A stretch of DNA of 64,000 bases. Source: a virus. A program made the position numbers and the translations under genes. Positions 32,236 through 42,873 of the stretch are shown one piece after another (position 1 is the stretch's first letter; each line of letters opens with the position of its first letter). The stretch is taken from IMG/VR virus record IMGVR_UViG_3300025015_000001. One strand, 5' to 3'. Under the pieces are notes generated by a model. The model saw only the letters and a program-made list of their open reading frames with translations, was not told the DNA's origin and ran no database searches.

Positions 32236-33858
32236 TTATTTTTCTAAAATAGTTTCCACAACTTCTACTACCTCTTTAATACCCTCTATATCAAAACTTG
32301 TGCCAATGTTAAATTCAAAATCTTTTTTGTCTCTGACATTCTCAAATTTATTATATAGTATATCTACCATACCCTTAATTTGTTTTAAACTAAACTTACG
32401 AGTAACTGTATTTATATTAATTGTATTATATGGAGTAATTTCTAGTATACCGTTTTCTAGCATTTTCTTTTCTTCTGACAGCGTTATTCTTGTGTTCTTG
32501 AAACTAACAAACTTACTATCATTATCTTTATAATTTTTTATATTCCGGAACTCATTTTTTATATTTTTTATTTTTTCTCCTTTTTCGCGCGCCCTATTAT
32601 ATTCTGCTGTTATGTCATCCGACATTTTTGCTAGCATATCATCGCATTTTTTATGTAGTGTTTTAGCTATATCTTTCGCATCAAAATCCTTCTTTAATCT
32701 AGCAGCTTCACATTTCCGTGAATTAGTAGATATTCTTAGAGCGTACTTATTTAGTGTACTACTACCATTACTGTGTGTAATACCATACATAATCTGTCTA
32801 TATATTTTTACATATGTCTCATCAAATGGGTTTTCTCTGAGCACACCTATCACCTCTTCAGGGTACATACTAGAATATATTAGTTTGTAATGTTGATTAA
32901 ATTGCTTTATTTCAGAAAAGAACTTTTTCCATTTTACATTTCTAGTGGTGTAGCTTTCTTTTGCCGCGCAATCATTGCAGATAACTTGATATGATTTTTT
33001 TTCTGTACCACACGCACAGTGTACAGCTTCTTCCGAGCTCATTTTTTTACCCTCCTAAGCTAGCATATTTTCTATAGTAGATACTATAATTTTTGTATCA
33101 TCTAAATTAAATTCTTTACATAATATAAGTGAGCAGCATTTCTCTGTATGTAAGTCACCAAACATATTATATAATTTATCTATCAATTCTTTGCATTCTT
33201 TTAAACTAAAATTTCTGCTATAGTTCATAGTTACCGTGCCAATAAATTTTTCTTCTGTCGTACCATCCCCTAGCGTAGTAGTATTGATATTAGTATAGAT
33301 TTTAGTATGCTTAAGATTAATAATGGTGTCAGTATTGTTTGAGTAATTTTTGATAGTAGAGAACTCATTTTTTAATTTTTCTGATGTTTCTTTTCTCTTG
33401 CGTTCCCTTGCTTGCTGCAGAGTAATCTCATCAGTCATTTTACCTAGTATATCACTACATCTTTTGTGTAGTGTTTTAGCTATATCTTTCGCATCAAAAT
33501 CCTTCTTTAGCCTGTTAGCTTTATGCCACGCATTAGTAGTTATTCTTAAAGCATATTTACCACTACCATAGATGTTACGCCTATATATTTTTGCATATAC
33601 GTTATCAAATGGGTTTTCTCTAATTATTCCTATTATTTCTTCTTTTCTGTATTCTAGCCTATAGTGTGGGTTGAATTGGCGCATGTCAGATATAAGTTTT
33701 TCCCATTTTACATTTATAGGAATATACCTTTCTTTAGCAAGGCAATTACTACATTTTATGTCATACTGGCTTATTGTCGCCCCACATACACAGACTTTTG
33801 GTTGCTGTGCACTAACGACTGGTATGTTCGTCTTATCTGGAGAAGCGGTTATATACAT
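32236..33858 (-). CDS. Two tandem paralogous hypothetical proteins (32236-33042, 33055-33858)
   Basis: Both have C.CG...C..C at the N-terminus and share ENPFD..Y.KIYR and RLKKDFDAKDIAKTLHK.C. Confidence 0.8.
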
Positions 33859-34516
33859 TATCCCCTCCTACTATTTTATTAGTTTTTTTCTTTCCTGCAC
33901 CGTGACTTGGAAATGCTATTATTGATTTTCTATTAGCCTTAGCACACAACCTACATTTGTCACATGTTATGTCTACCTTAGTAATAGCCGGGCAAATTAT
34001 GACATTATTTCCTTCCTTGGTTTTAAAATTTTTAATTACATTTGAGTTTACCACTACTGTTACAGGAGCTATTTTTAGTTTTACTAATTCGTCCGCATGC
34101 TTAATATTATTGGCGGATAAGTTTATTGTAAATCCATTCTTATTGGCATTCATTATAGCATCTTTCTCGGCTTTGGTGTGTAGTGGGTAATGCGTATAAG
34201 TATACCCTATACTTCCTTTATTAGCCGCTACTAATATGTTTAGTTTTTTAATATCTATTTTATTGTTCCTGCCCTGTAGATCCCCAGCAATATTGGACCT
34301 CCAGAATGTTTTCTTGGGTAGCTTTTTTATTTCTTCTATAAATTCATTATAAGATAATCTTTGTGAATATTTCTTCCACACTAATGATGTTGGCCCGTAT
34401 TTAGCATAGCACCCATGGTATTTTAGTTTACAAGTAGCTGGGCAGGTATCTTCAGGTGAGTATGATACTGGTATTGCTCCTGTTTTCTTATTTGATGTTT
34501 TTGGTATAAATAGCAT
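33833..34516 (-). CDS. Cys-rich conserved phage protein (gp88/DUF7227-like)
   Basis: KTGAIP...TCPATC...CYA, AGD, YTYTH, CPA and C..C.LC. The family name is from recall. Confidence 0.6.
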   Translation of the reverse strand: MLFIPKTSNKKTGAIPVSYSPEDTCPATCKLKYHGCYAKYGPTSLVWKKYSQRLSYNEFIEEIKKLPKKTFWRSNIAGDLQGRNNKIDIKKLNILVAANKGSIGYTYTHYPLHTKAEKDAIMNANKNGFTINLSANNIKHADELVKLKIAPVTVVVNSNVIKNFKTKEGNNVIICPAITKVDITCDKCRLCAKANRKSIIAFPSHGAGKKKTNKIVGGDNVYNRFSR

Positions 34517-35157
34517 TTAAACCTCCTTTATCATCCATATATTTTTGCATTTTGGGCATTCGTAGCCCACAACCTCTTCTCCTTCTTTAATTCTTTTTAA
34601 TTGATATAAGGGAGTAGCAGAACATTTCATACAATGTAAGTATAATCCTACTCTATCTTCCGATAAGTCTCTTGCTAATGCGTATAATAAATTACGTTCA
34701 TACTTTGTTATCATACACCCCCCAATTAGGTAGCGCTCCAAAATTCATGCGCATTTTTTGCTACGGCTCTTTTGGTTTTACACACAGTGCACAGATGCTT
34801 TATCCAACCAAAATTAGTGCGTTCTACATTTTCCATACTACCACACTTCTCGCAAGTTTGCGTTGACAGGTCTTCAGCTCTATCTACTATGGCAGTTATT
34901 TCAGATGTATCGATATCTAGGTCTTTATCATTATCTACATTGGTGTAGATTCTAATCGCCCCAAATTTTTCTTTTATTTGTCGGATAGTTATCTGTGCTG
35001 TAGTTGTATCACTCCATTCTTGTAGTTCTTTACATGCAGTATAAATTAGATTATACCATCCATTTTCCGTTTCAAAATAAAATTCATATTGAGTATCTCT
35101 ACACTTAAATAGTTTAGGAAAATCATTTATAATCTTATCTTGCAATTCTTTTTTCAT
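34517..35157 (-). CDS. Two small hypothetical ORFs (34517-34720 region; 34726-35157)
   Basis: Zn-ribbon-like ORF, plus the common phage QIKEKFGAIRIY...TCEKCG protein. Confidence 0.6.
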
Positions 35158-35166
35158 AATTTCTCC

Positions 35167-35811
35167 TTAGTTATTTATCATCTTCTCATATGTTTCTGTT
35201 AAGCGAGTAATAAGTATATTTTGGTCGGATGAGCTACTCATATCTAAAGTCTTAGTAAATTCAATAAGATAATCGTTATCTTCCCTACCATCCCACATTT
35301 TAATATAATGCCCTTTATCATATCCATATTTTTGTCTAAATATATTTAATATATTTTTTCCTATATAAAGATTATATAATTTATCGATATCTATATTTAA
35401 ACACCTACATAGTGATAAAAAATTACTCACGTTAAAACTTCTACTTAATAAAGTTCCCTCTACCAGACCCTCTATCAAAAATGGTAAGTCCTGTTTCTGA
35501 GTAGTCTCTTCATAGGGCACATCGCATAACTTACTTATGATTGCAGCCGTCTTATCTATTTCTTTAAAATTGATAAGCATGTCACTTATACCAAAGTGCC
35601 ATATATCAACAAGCTCCATTACGATATGATTGATATTCTCATCTTTATGTTTCCACCATTTCCAATCTGTCTGCTCAAGCATCTCAGCAGCCTCTAACCA
35701 TATCGCCCTGTACCAAGGAGTATTAGTAACTTTCCAATTTTCTCCTATCACTGCTATATTAAATTCATCCTGAAGTCTAAGCATGTCTTTAATTTTTTCT
35801 AGCTGTGTCAT
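35167..35811 (-). CDS. dut: Dimeric dUTPase
   Basis: E..EML...WKWWK, ELVDIWHF and YIGKNILNIFRQKYGY...W.GREDN. Confidence 0.92.
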   Translation of the reverse strand: MTQLEKIKDMLRLQDEFNIAVIGENWKVTNTPWYRAIWLEAAEMLEQTDWKWWKHKDENINHIVMELVDIWHFGISDMLINFKEIDKTAAIISKLCDVPYEETTQKQDLPFLIEGLVEGTLLSRSFNVSNFLSLCRCLNIDIDKLYNLYIGKNILNIFRQKYGYDKGHYIKMWDGREDNDYLIEFTKTLDMSSSSDQNILITRLTETYEKMINN

Positions 35812-35840
35812 TATGCCTCCTTATTATTTTAATAAATTTT

Positions 35841-35882
35841 TTTCATTTTTTGAAAATTTTTTAAAAAATTATGTGCTATACT
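35841..35882 (+). promoter_or_regulatory. Extended -10 promoter upstream of tnpB
   Basis: TGTG-C-TATACT. The 35 bp at 35841-35875 are identical to 59292-59326. Confidence 0.65.
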
Positions 35883-35920
35883 ATACATATCTACAAAATA
35901 ATTAATTAAATTATAAATCA

Positions 35921-37126
35921 ATGAAGATAAATAAAGCATACACATTTAGACTTTACCCTAACGACAACCAAAAGGATTTGCTTGCACAGCATTTTGGTGC
36001 GTGCAGATTCGTCTATAATTATTTCCTCCGTCAAAGAATAGACTACTACGCTGCAAATAAAGGTAATGCTAAAAAAGGATTAACATATTCTGATACATCG
36101 AAGATGTTAACCACACTCAAGAATCAACCTGAGTATGTGTGGTTGAAAGCTATTAATGCGCAATCATTACAGCAGTCACTACGTCATCTCGATGTTGCCT
36201 ATAATAATTTCTTTAATAATAAAACTAAATTTCCTAAGTTTAAAAACAAACACTCAAAACAATCTTTCCTTGCTCCTCAACATTTTTCTATTGATGTGCA
36301 GAGTAAGTTATTATATCTCCCGAAATTTAACTCCATACCTATTGTTATTCACAGGGATATAGATGGGGTAATGAAAAGCATTACCATATCTAAGTCCTCA
36401 TCAGGAAAGTACTTCGCATCTATATTATGTGAATTAGATATTGATGTCAAGCAAAAACAACAAGGAGATACTATAGGTATTGATTTAGGAATTAAATCAT
36501 TTATAGTTACATCTACTGGAGAAACAATAGATGCTCCTAAGTTCCTAAGAAAATCTGAACTTAAACTGAAACGGCTACAAAGATTACTCTCTCGTAAACA
36601 AAAAGGAAGTAATAGAAGAAACAAAGCAAAAATCAAAGTTGCATGTGTACACGATAAAATAACTAATCAAAGAAAAGATTTCCTACACAAGTTAAGTCAT
36701 AAATTAGTTAGCGAGAGCCAAGCTATATTTGTTGAAGACTTAAATGTGAAAGGTATGCTGGCAAACCATAAGTTGGCTAAGTCTATTGCCGATAGTGGTT
36801 GGTCAGAATTTATCCAGCAACTTAAATACAAATCAAATTGGAACGGAGTATATTTTGGTCAGGTTGATCGTTTCTTTCCTTCATCTAAAAGATGTAACAA
36901 CTGTGGTTGGATTAATACATCTCTTAGTTTAAAGGACAGAGAATGGACTTGTCGAGAATGTAATACTATAATTGATAGAGACAACAATGCAGCCAAGAAT
37001 ATACTCCAATTCGGATTATTACAGAGTACCGAGGGACACTCGGAAACTAAACGCCCAGGGAGACCACGTGCTGTCAGACGGGTCGTTGAACTAGGAAGCT
37101 ACTGGGCTTTAGCCCCAGTAGAGTAG
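35921..37126 (+). mobile_element. tnpB: IS200/IS605-family TnpB RNA-guided nuclease, no TnpA
   Basis: HTH_OrfB N-terminus; RuvC GIDLG, VEDL and DRDNNAAKNI intact; CxxC...CxxC zinc finger. Confidence 0.95.
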
Positions 37127-37150
37127 TCACATAAGATGCTATTCTAATTT
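37020..37150 (+). ncRNA. Predicted omega-RNA (right-end scaffold plus guide)
   Basis: Right-end hairpin CTACTGGG/CCCAGTAG (37099-37121), TCAC end at 37127-37130, guide ATAAGATGCTATTCTAATTT following. The scaffold 5' limit is approximate. Confidence 0.65.
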
Positions 37151-37436
37151 GTATGTCTGCTATCTCTTCTAAGAAATCATTTAGATTTTCTAAATTAGAA
37201 TTATCTTCATGACTGATAGTTTCATCCTTTCTATACTTCTCGTATACATCTGATATGGTTCTTAGTGTTTCAATAAACATTTTAGTTTCATATCCACAGG
37301 ATGCTGTACTTACATGCTCTAATGCTTCTGCAATTTCTGTTGCTATGAGACATATCTGTGTGGCATGTTGACTAGTATTAAAGCCCTTACTTGTAGTAAT
37401 ATCTCCACATGTTTTATACAATGCTTTTAAATTCAT
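37131..37436 (-). pseudogene. MazG-like NTP pyrophosphohydrolase truncated by the TnpB element
   Basis: IATEIAEALE...EEIADIQIRIASY runs straight into the transposon right end. Confidence 0.7.
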
Positions 37437-37516
37437 TTGTTTCTCCTTTCATTTTTAGCCACAAAATATTCCTAAAGCTACTCATGCCAAGATCACTAAT
37501 ATAATACAAAATGGAA

Positions 37517-37774
37517 TCATATTTCTTCCCATTTAAGCTCAGGAAATTTAATTCCATGTTGATACGCCAACATGCCCTGTCCATTTACTGCCTCTGCCCA
37601 CTTAGTGGCTTCCTCACCAGCCAAACGTATTGCATATCTGTTGCCTTCTTTATCTTCTTTTGTGAGTGTTACCATGACTGTTTTCATTCTCATTATAATG
37701 TTAATCATTGGTTGCTCATTAAACTCTACCTCTGCTGTGTCACGCACTCCTTCAGATATTCTTTGTTGCTCCAT
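37517..37774 (-). CDS. Hypothetical protein
   Basis: 85-aa ORF with GGAG RBS. Confidence 0.5.
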   Translation of the reverse strand: MEQQRISEGVRDTAEVEFNEQPMINIIMRMKTVMVTLTKEDKEGNRYAIRLAGEEATKWAEAVNGQGMLAYQHGIKFPELKWEEI

Positions 37775-37804
37775 ATTTGTCTCCTTTAATTATTTGGTGA
37801 TCTA

Positions 37805-38680
37805 CTACATATGTAGTGCCGCACAATTCCTCTTATTAAGTAATGTCATTAATCTTTTTCTAATAGTATTTTCTATCTGTCTTACTCTTTCTCTACTTAT
37901 ACCATACTTAATACCTATTTCTTGCATAGACATATCTTCCTCTATTAATCTATGCTGTATAATATATAGTTCTCTTTCATTAAATTTATCTTTTAAAATT
38001 TTGTTTAGTATGCTACTTCTGTTGTTATTCTCTAGTTTATGCCCCACTATATCTTCCGGTGTGTTATAGTCTACTAACAGATCTCTACTATGAAGATCCT
38101 CATCAACGTCACCTTCATAAGTTATATCCACAGATATTTCTTTATAGTTTAACTTAGATAAGTGCATATCTATATTTTTTTTAGGGATATCTAAATTAGT
38201 TATAATATCACTTCTACTCATACCATCCTGTAGAGCTGTTCGTATTTTGTCTATAGTAGAACTTCCACTATATATTTTTTTGCCATCTACTACCTTGGTT
38301 TGGCCGCCCCCGAAACATGGTCTCTCTACAATTGTATTATATTTGGTTAGATATTTATTAATCATAGATTTAACCCACCAACCAGCATATTGAATAAATC
38401 TAACCCCCTTAGTTGGGTCAAATTTATCTAAAGCTTTTATTAACCCTATGACGCCCTCTTGTATAAGATCTAATGCTATATGCGTATACTTATTGTATGT
38501 AGTCATCACTATAATATACACCTGTCTTATATTATGTAGGACTATTTTATTAGCAGATTCTTTGTTTTTATTAGTGTAGTAATCAGTAGTTAATAGTAGT
38601 TCTTCTTCATATGTTAGTATTGGAATGCTGTATATTTTAGCTTTTATAGAATGCAATGATGTGGCTTTTAATATATCCAT
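37805..38680 (-). CDS. Phage sigma70-family (RpoH/RpoD-like) sigma factor
   Basis: DLIQEGVIGLIKALDKFDP.KG.RF..YA.WW (region 2) and QEIG...GISRERVRQIE (region 4). Confidence 0.95.
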   Translation of the reverse strand: MDILKATSLHSIKAKIYSIPILTYEEELLLTTDYYTNKNKESANKIVLHNIRQVYIIVMTTYNKYTHIALDLIQEGVIGLIKALDKFDPTKGVRFIQYAGWWVKSMINKYLTKYNTIVERPCFGGGQTKVVDGKKIYSGSSTIDKIRTALQDGMSRSDIITNLDIPKKNIDMHLSKLNYKEISVDITYEGDVDEDLHSRDLLVDYNTPEDIVGHKLENNNRSSILNKILKDKFNERELYIIQHRLIEEDMSMQEIGIKYGISRERVRQIENTIRKRLMTLLNKRNCAALHM

Positions 38681-38694
38681 TCTGATCGCTCCGC

Positions 38695-39222
38695 CTATTC
38701 TAATTCTTGTAGGAAATTTTTATATGTACCAAATAATCTATTAAGCCTAACATATAAACTATTACCTGCATTTGTTTTTCGTAAGTCTGTTATGGTACAC
38801 GGTATATGGCCTATATCAACACATAATTTTTTAAAATCTGATTTAATTCTATTTTTTGTTTGTATTGTTTTTATTTCTTTTAATTTATCTTTATCCAGAC
38901 ATTTTTTAAATGTACATTCTTGTATCGGGTAATTTATATATTTTATGTATTCTGCTATGCTACTACTACTACTGATGATAGCTTCTTCAAATTTTGCATG
39001 ACTGTTTTTAATGACAGAGATAATAGTACTCTTCTTAATGTAATCTGAATGGTATTTGTTGTAGTTAAGAAGTCTTTGTCGTACACCTTCTCTTGATATA
39101 TTTAAAAGTTTAGCCACCTTAGCCATATTATAATTGTTACTATCATATAATTTTTTAGTTTCTTCTAACATAGAAATATCTTGTTTAGGTCCACGTAATC
39201 CCATTAGGTTCTCCTTTTTCAC
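38695..39222 (-). CDS. HTH DNA-binding protein
   Basis: NMAKVAKLLNISREGVRQRL. Confidence 0.7.
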   Translation of the reverse strand: MKKENLMGLRGPKQDISMLEETKKLYDSNNYNMAKVAKLLNISREGVRQRLLNYNKYHSDYIKKSTIISVIKNSHAKFEEAIISSSSSIAEYIKYINYPIQECTFKKCLDKDKLKEIKTIQTKNRIKSDFKKLCVDIGHIPCTITDLRKTNAGNSLYVRLNRLFGTYKNFLQELE

Positions 39223-39386
39223 AAATTATCTTTTATATATTTTTTACTGTGTCTATAAAGCTATTCGGTTTTAAGCCGCAGGGTATTATCCGTAGGCCCC
39301 AAACCGAATAGCCTATCAGTAACTCTAAAGATATTACTAGTTATAGCGATACACTATATCCCCACTTAGGGTTGACACACAGTAAT

Positions 39387-39840
39387 CTACTTACGGTTTA
39401 TTGAAAATAGTAGCACAGTTCCTAAGAGTAAAAATAGTAACTGTATCGGGGCAACAATTATAAATGTGAGAATTAGTACAAATTTTTGATAAAATGTTTC
39501 TGGTTTAAGCCCACCCCAAATAAAAATGTTTATATATGTTGGTACAAACATTACTATTAAGGTTGACATACTACCCAATAACTGTATTACTTTATTCATT
39601 AGTTAGCCCCCTCTAGCACATATATTCTTATTATGGTTTAGTTTTAATTTCATATACAATATTATTATGGATAAAGCCCTGGAGTAGTACAGCCTCATTC
39701 ATACGATAATTAAAATATATTTCTGCAATTTTAAACCCAAGTGTAATTCCTATCAACATAGCTATTGCAAATAAATTAAGATGTTTAATCATACCATGAT
39801 ATACTTTGGCTATCTGTTCCCTGCTAATAATGTTTGTCAT
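39387..39840 (-). CDS. Two small membrane proteins (39387-39599, 39631-39840)
   Basis: Hydrophobic segments; adjacent to the transglycosylase. Confidence 0.5.
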
Positions 39841-40367
39841 TGTGCCTCCTTTTTATTTTTATCATATTTAGATTTTAGTTTTGTATATAGACTGTAGACT
39901 TCTTCCGCTTGTTGTGCGGCTTGTCGTCTAGCAGCTGGACCACCCCCACCCCCTTTGTACAATATAAGAGCTTCCATTAAATCATTATTACAATATTTTA
40001 ATTTCTCTTCTAGTATCCTAGCTCCATATAAAGTATCAACATCATGAAATTGCATAGTAGCAGTCGGAGTTTGCATTAGTCCTTCATATCCTTTTGGTGA
40101 TATCACATTGGTTCTGAAATTAGATTCAGTTTTCATTACCGCAATTATCAACATTGGGGACGCATTTATTGTGTCTGCTGATAGTAGTATGGCGTCGGAT
40201 AGTTTGTTCCTTTCCTTAGTATTATATATACCTAAATCCTTTAGTATAACAGATATTAACTCTTTTCTATTATCTTTTTTTATATGCACAGGAAGAGGTA
40301 TTTTATCCACCAATAAAATAAAATTAGATATAGATAGTAAGAATAAAAATAGTATTATGTACTTCAT
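39837..40367 (-). CDS. SLT-domain lytic transglycosylase with N-terminal hydrophobic anchor
   Basis: IIAVMKTESNF, GLMQ and ALILYKG. Confidence 0.9.
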   Translation of the reverse strand: MKYIILFLFLLSISNFILLVDKIPLPVHIKKDNRKELISVILKDLGIYNTKERNKLSDAILLSADTINASPMLIIAVMKTESNFRTNVISPKGYEGLMQTPTATMQFHDVDTLYGARILEEKLKYCNNDLMEALILYKGGGGGPAARRQAAQQAEEVYSLYTKLKSKYDKNKKEAQ

Positions 40368-42849
40368 TTAACAGCCTTGGTATAAGTATTATTAATAGAC
40401 CCCATCGCTGATGCAATATAGTCAATACGAGACTTATCATGACAGTATTTTAGGCGTGTAAATGTAGTCTCCAATATTTTTACTTGGTCTTCTTTAGATA
40501 AAGCATTAAATAGATTATTGATATCCTCACTAGTAAATAAGGCATCTGTAGCATCTATCTCCTGCCCGTCTACAATAAATACTGTAGCAACAGAATTGAG
40601 ATCGCGTTGTATTTCTAATGCTATCTTAGCAGCCTCAATCTCACTATTTGCATCAATTTCAATTTCCCATTTTACATTAAATGTTTTCATTTGTTCCTCT
40701 TTTAATTTTTTAAAGTCCAAACTATTACTGAAATAAATACCCCAAAAATTCCGCCGCAAAGTAGGCCTATGAAAAAGCTTCCAAATTCAATGTCTTTAAT
40801 CCTCATTCAATTTCCTCCTCAAATGCATCACTATCCCATCTATATTTTATTTTTGGTAGTATTGTATTATATACCCCCTGTAATATTTCGTTGTCTGGCA
40901 TAGGTAGTTCATGTATTATAGATTCTATTATTTCTTCTCTACTAATCATATTTAATTTCTCCTACCAATTTAATCTCTATCTCCAAAATTATCTCGTTCC
41001 TATGAGGTATGCCAAGAGCCGTCTCTGTCTTCCTTTTTATTTTCATCGAAGCAATCTTTGCATCTTTTTTTGTAACCTACGTCAGTATGCTTATAGCAGG
41101 TTTTTAATTTTGGTTTAAGGAATTTATAGTCCATTATTCCCTCCACAATACTCATTATATTTAGCTTAATTAATTGCTGCATCTTCTAGTCTTTGGATTC
41201 TTTCGAGACAGTCTCCAATCATAGAGTCGCCATTCCGCCCTTTCAGCCTTTTGTTCAATATCCCTAATCTTCCATTCTACTACTAGCATACTCCTCCATT
41301 TAGCAATTCATTATGTAACTTAGTTAATTGCAGCATAGTTTCTAGAGATAACTTATCAATATGATTTTCATATAGGAAATCTATAGTCTCTTTAAATGTT
41401 TTAAAATTTGCAGTGTGTTGCTTTTTATTAAAAATAATGGATACAAAGATATGCCGCGTAGAAATCTTTTGTATAGCTATCTCATTATTACAAATAAAGT
41501 ACATATTAATTTCTCCTAAATGGTGTACTATCCCAAACATTGTTTAATTTCTTTTTAAACGTAACAAAATGCCCTTGCTTTGGCTCTTCTTGTGGAGCAG
41601 CTATCGGAGTATCATTTTTAATTTCAACAGCCTTCTTTGGTCTACTTCGCCTCACAATAGGTACTTCTTTAGTATCTTTCATACCGTAATCTTTAATAAG
41701 TAATCCGGCGCTAAAAAATAAGAACGACGGAGCAAATGCAGTGACTAACGATATTAATATTGTGAAAATCATTATAGCATGTTCTTGTGATGTTGTCAAG
41801 ATGTTTGCTAGTATTGTTGCAATGACCACTAATTCAGTAGTTGTGATTTGTGTAGTAATAACTTGCTCTTGCTTCTGTAGTCTATCCACTAATGCTAGTG
41901 TCGATCTGGATGATATTCCCCTATTAGATAATGTTGCTAAGCTGTCTTGAATCAACTTCTGTGTCTGTTTGCTACTGTCAATTATTTGACTATTAGCTTG
42001 CATAGTGTGTAGCTCTTTCTGCACATTTTGAATATACATTGAGGATATTGTTAGTAATGATACTGTAGTAATTGCTACAATAAATATAACAGATACTACT
42101 TGGTGCGTTTTAGAAATCCTAAAACCAATTAGAAATGATACTATAATTAGTAATGGTTCTATTGCAATCGCACCTAACTTACTTACACCTATTGTAGATA
42201 AGAAATTACTTTGCATTATCGTTGTCCATATTGCAATCGCAATCCCCATTGTGATGCAAGCTATAGATATAAATAGTTTCATTATTTGCTCCCTGCTCTT
42301 CCATTTATAGTTTCATATTCTTCATCTGTAAGTGGAGTGTGATCTAAGCACCTACCATCCCTAGCTATGTCAATTTGGTCATGTGCGCTGCAGTACCCTT
42401 CTAAATTATATAGGCAGGCTAATGCCTCACATTTTATTGTTGGCATTATATTCTCCTTGCGATAAAAAGAAATTATACATATTGGTTATTAATAAAGTAG
42501 TTTCAAGTGATAAGTTATTTAGATAAAGTAAGTTATCGTATATTACTTTTATAGCCTCTTGTATTGTTAAATATAGCTCGTATCCGTCTTTAATTTTTAA
42601 GGTGTGCCCAGGTAGACCAATTGAGCATCCCGATTCAAAATTTAAATCTTTATCTATAATTGTGAACGGTGTTTTTCCGGAAGGAAGTCTACAGTTGCGT
42701 TGTGTGCATCCTGGGCATTTATATGTCTTAACTATTTTGTATGTGTTACAGTATCTACTTAAATATTTTTTACTTATGCCACCATCTCTATCATACACTA
42801 CATAACCACTTTTATTTACTATATATGATTTTCTTCTAAGCATCATCAT
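40364..42849 (-). CDS. Cluster of hypothetical ORFs (40364, 41000, 41283, 41506 multi-TM, 42427)
   Basis: ORF track. 41283 and 42427 carry the LSLE tag; 41506 is a multi-pass membrane protein. Confidence 0.55.
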
Positions 42850-42873
42850 AACCTCAATTGTTTTCTAATCTTA

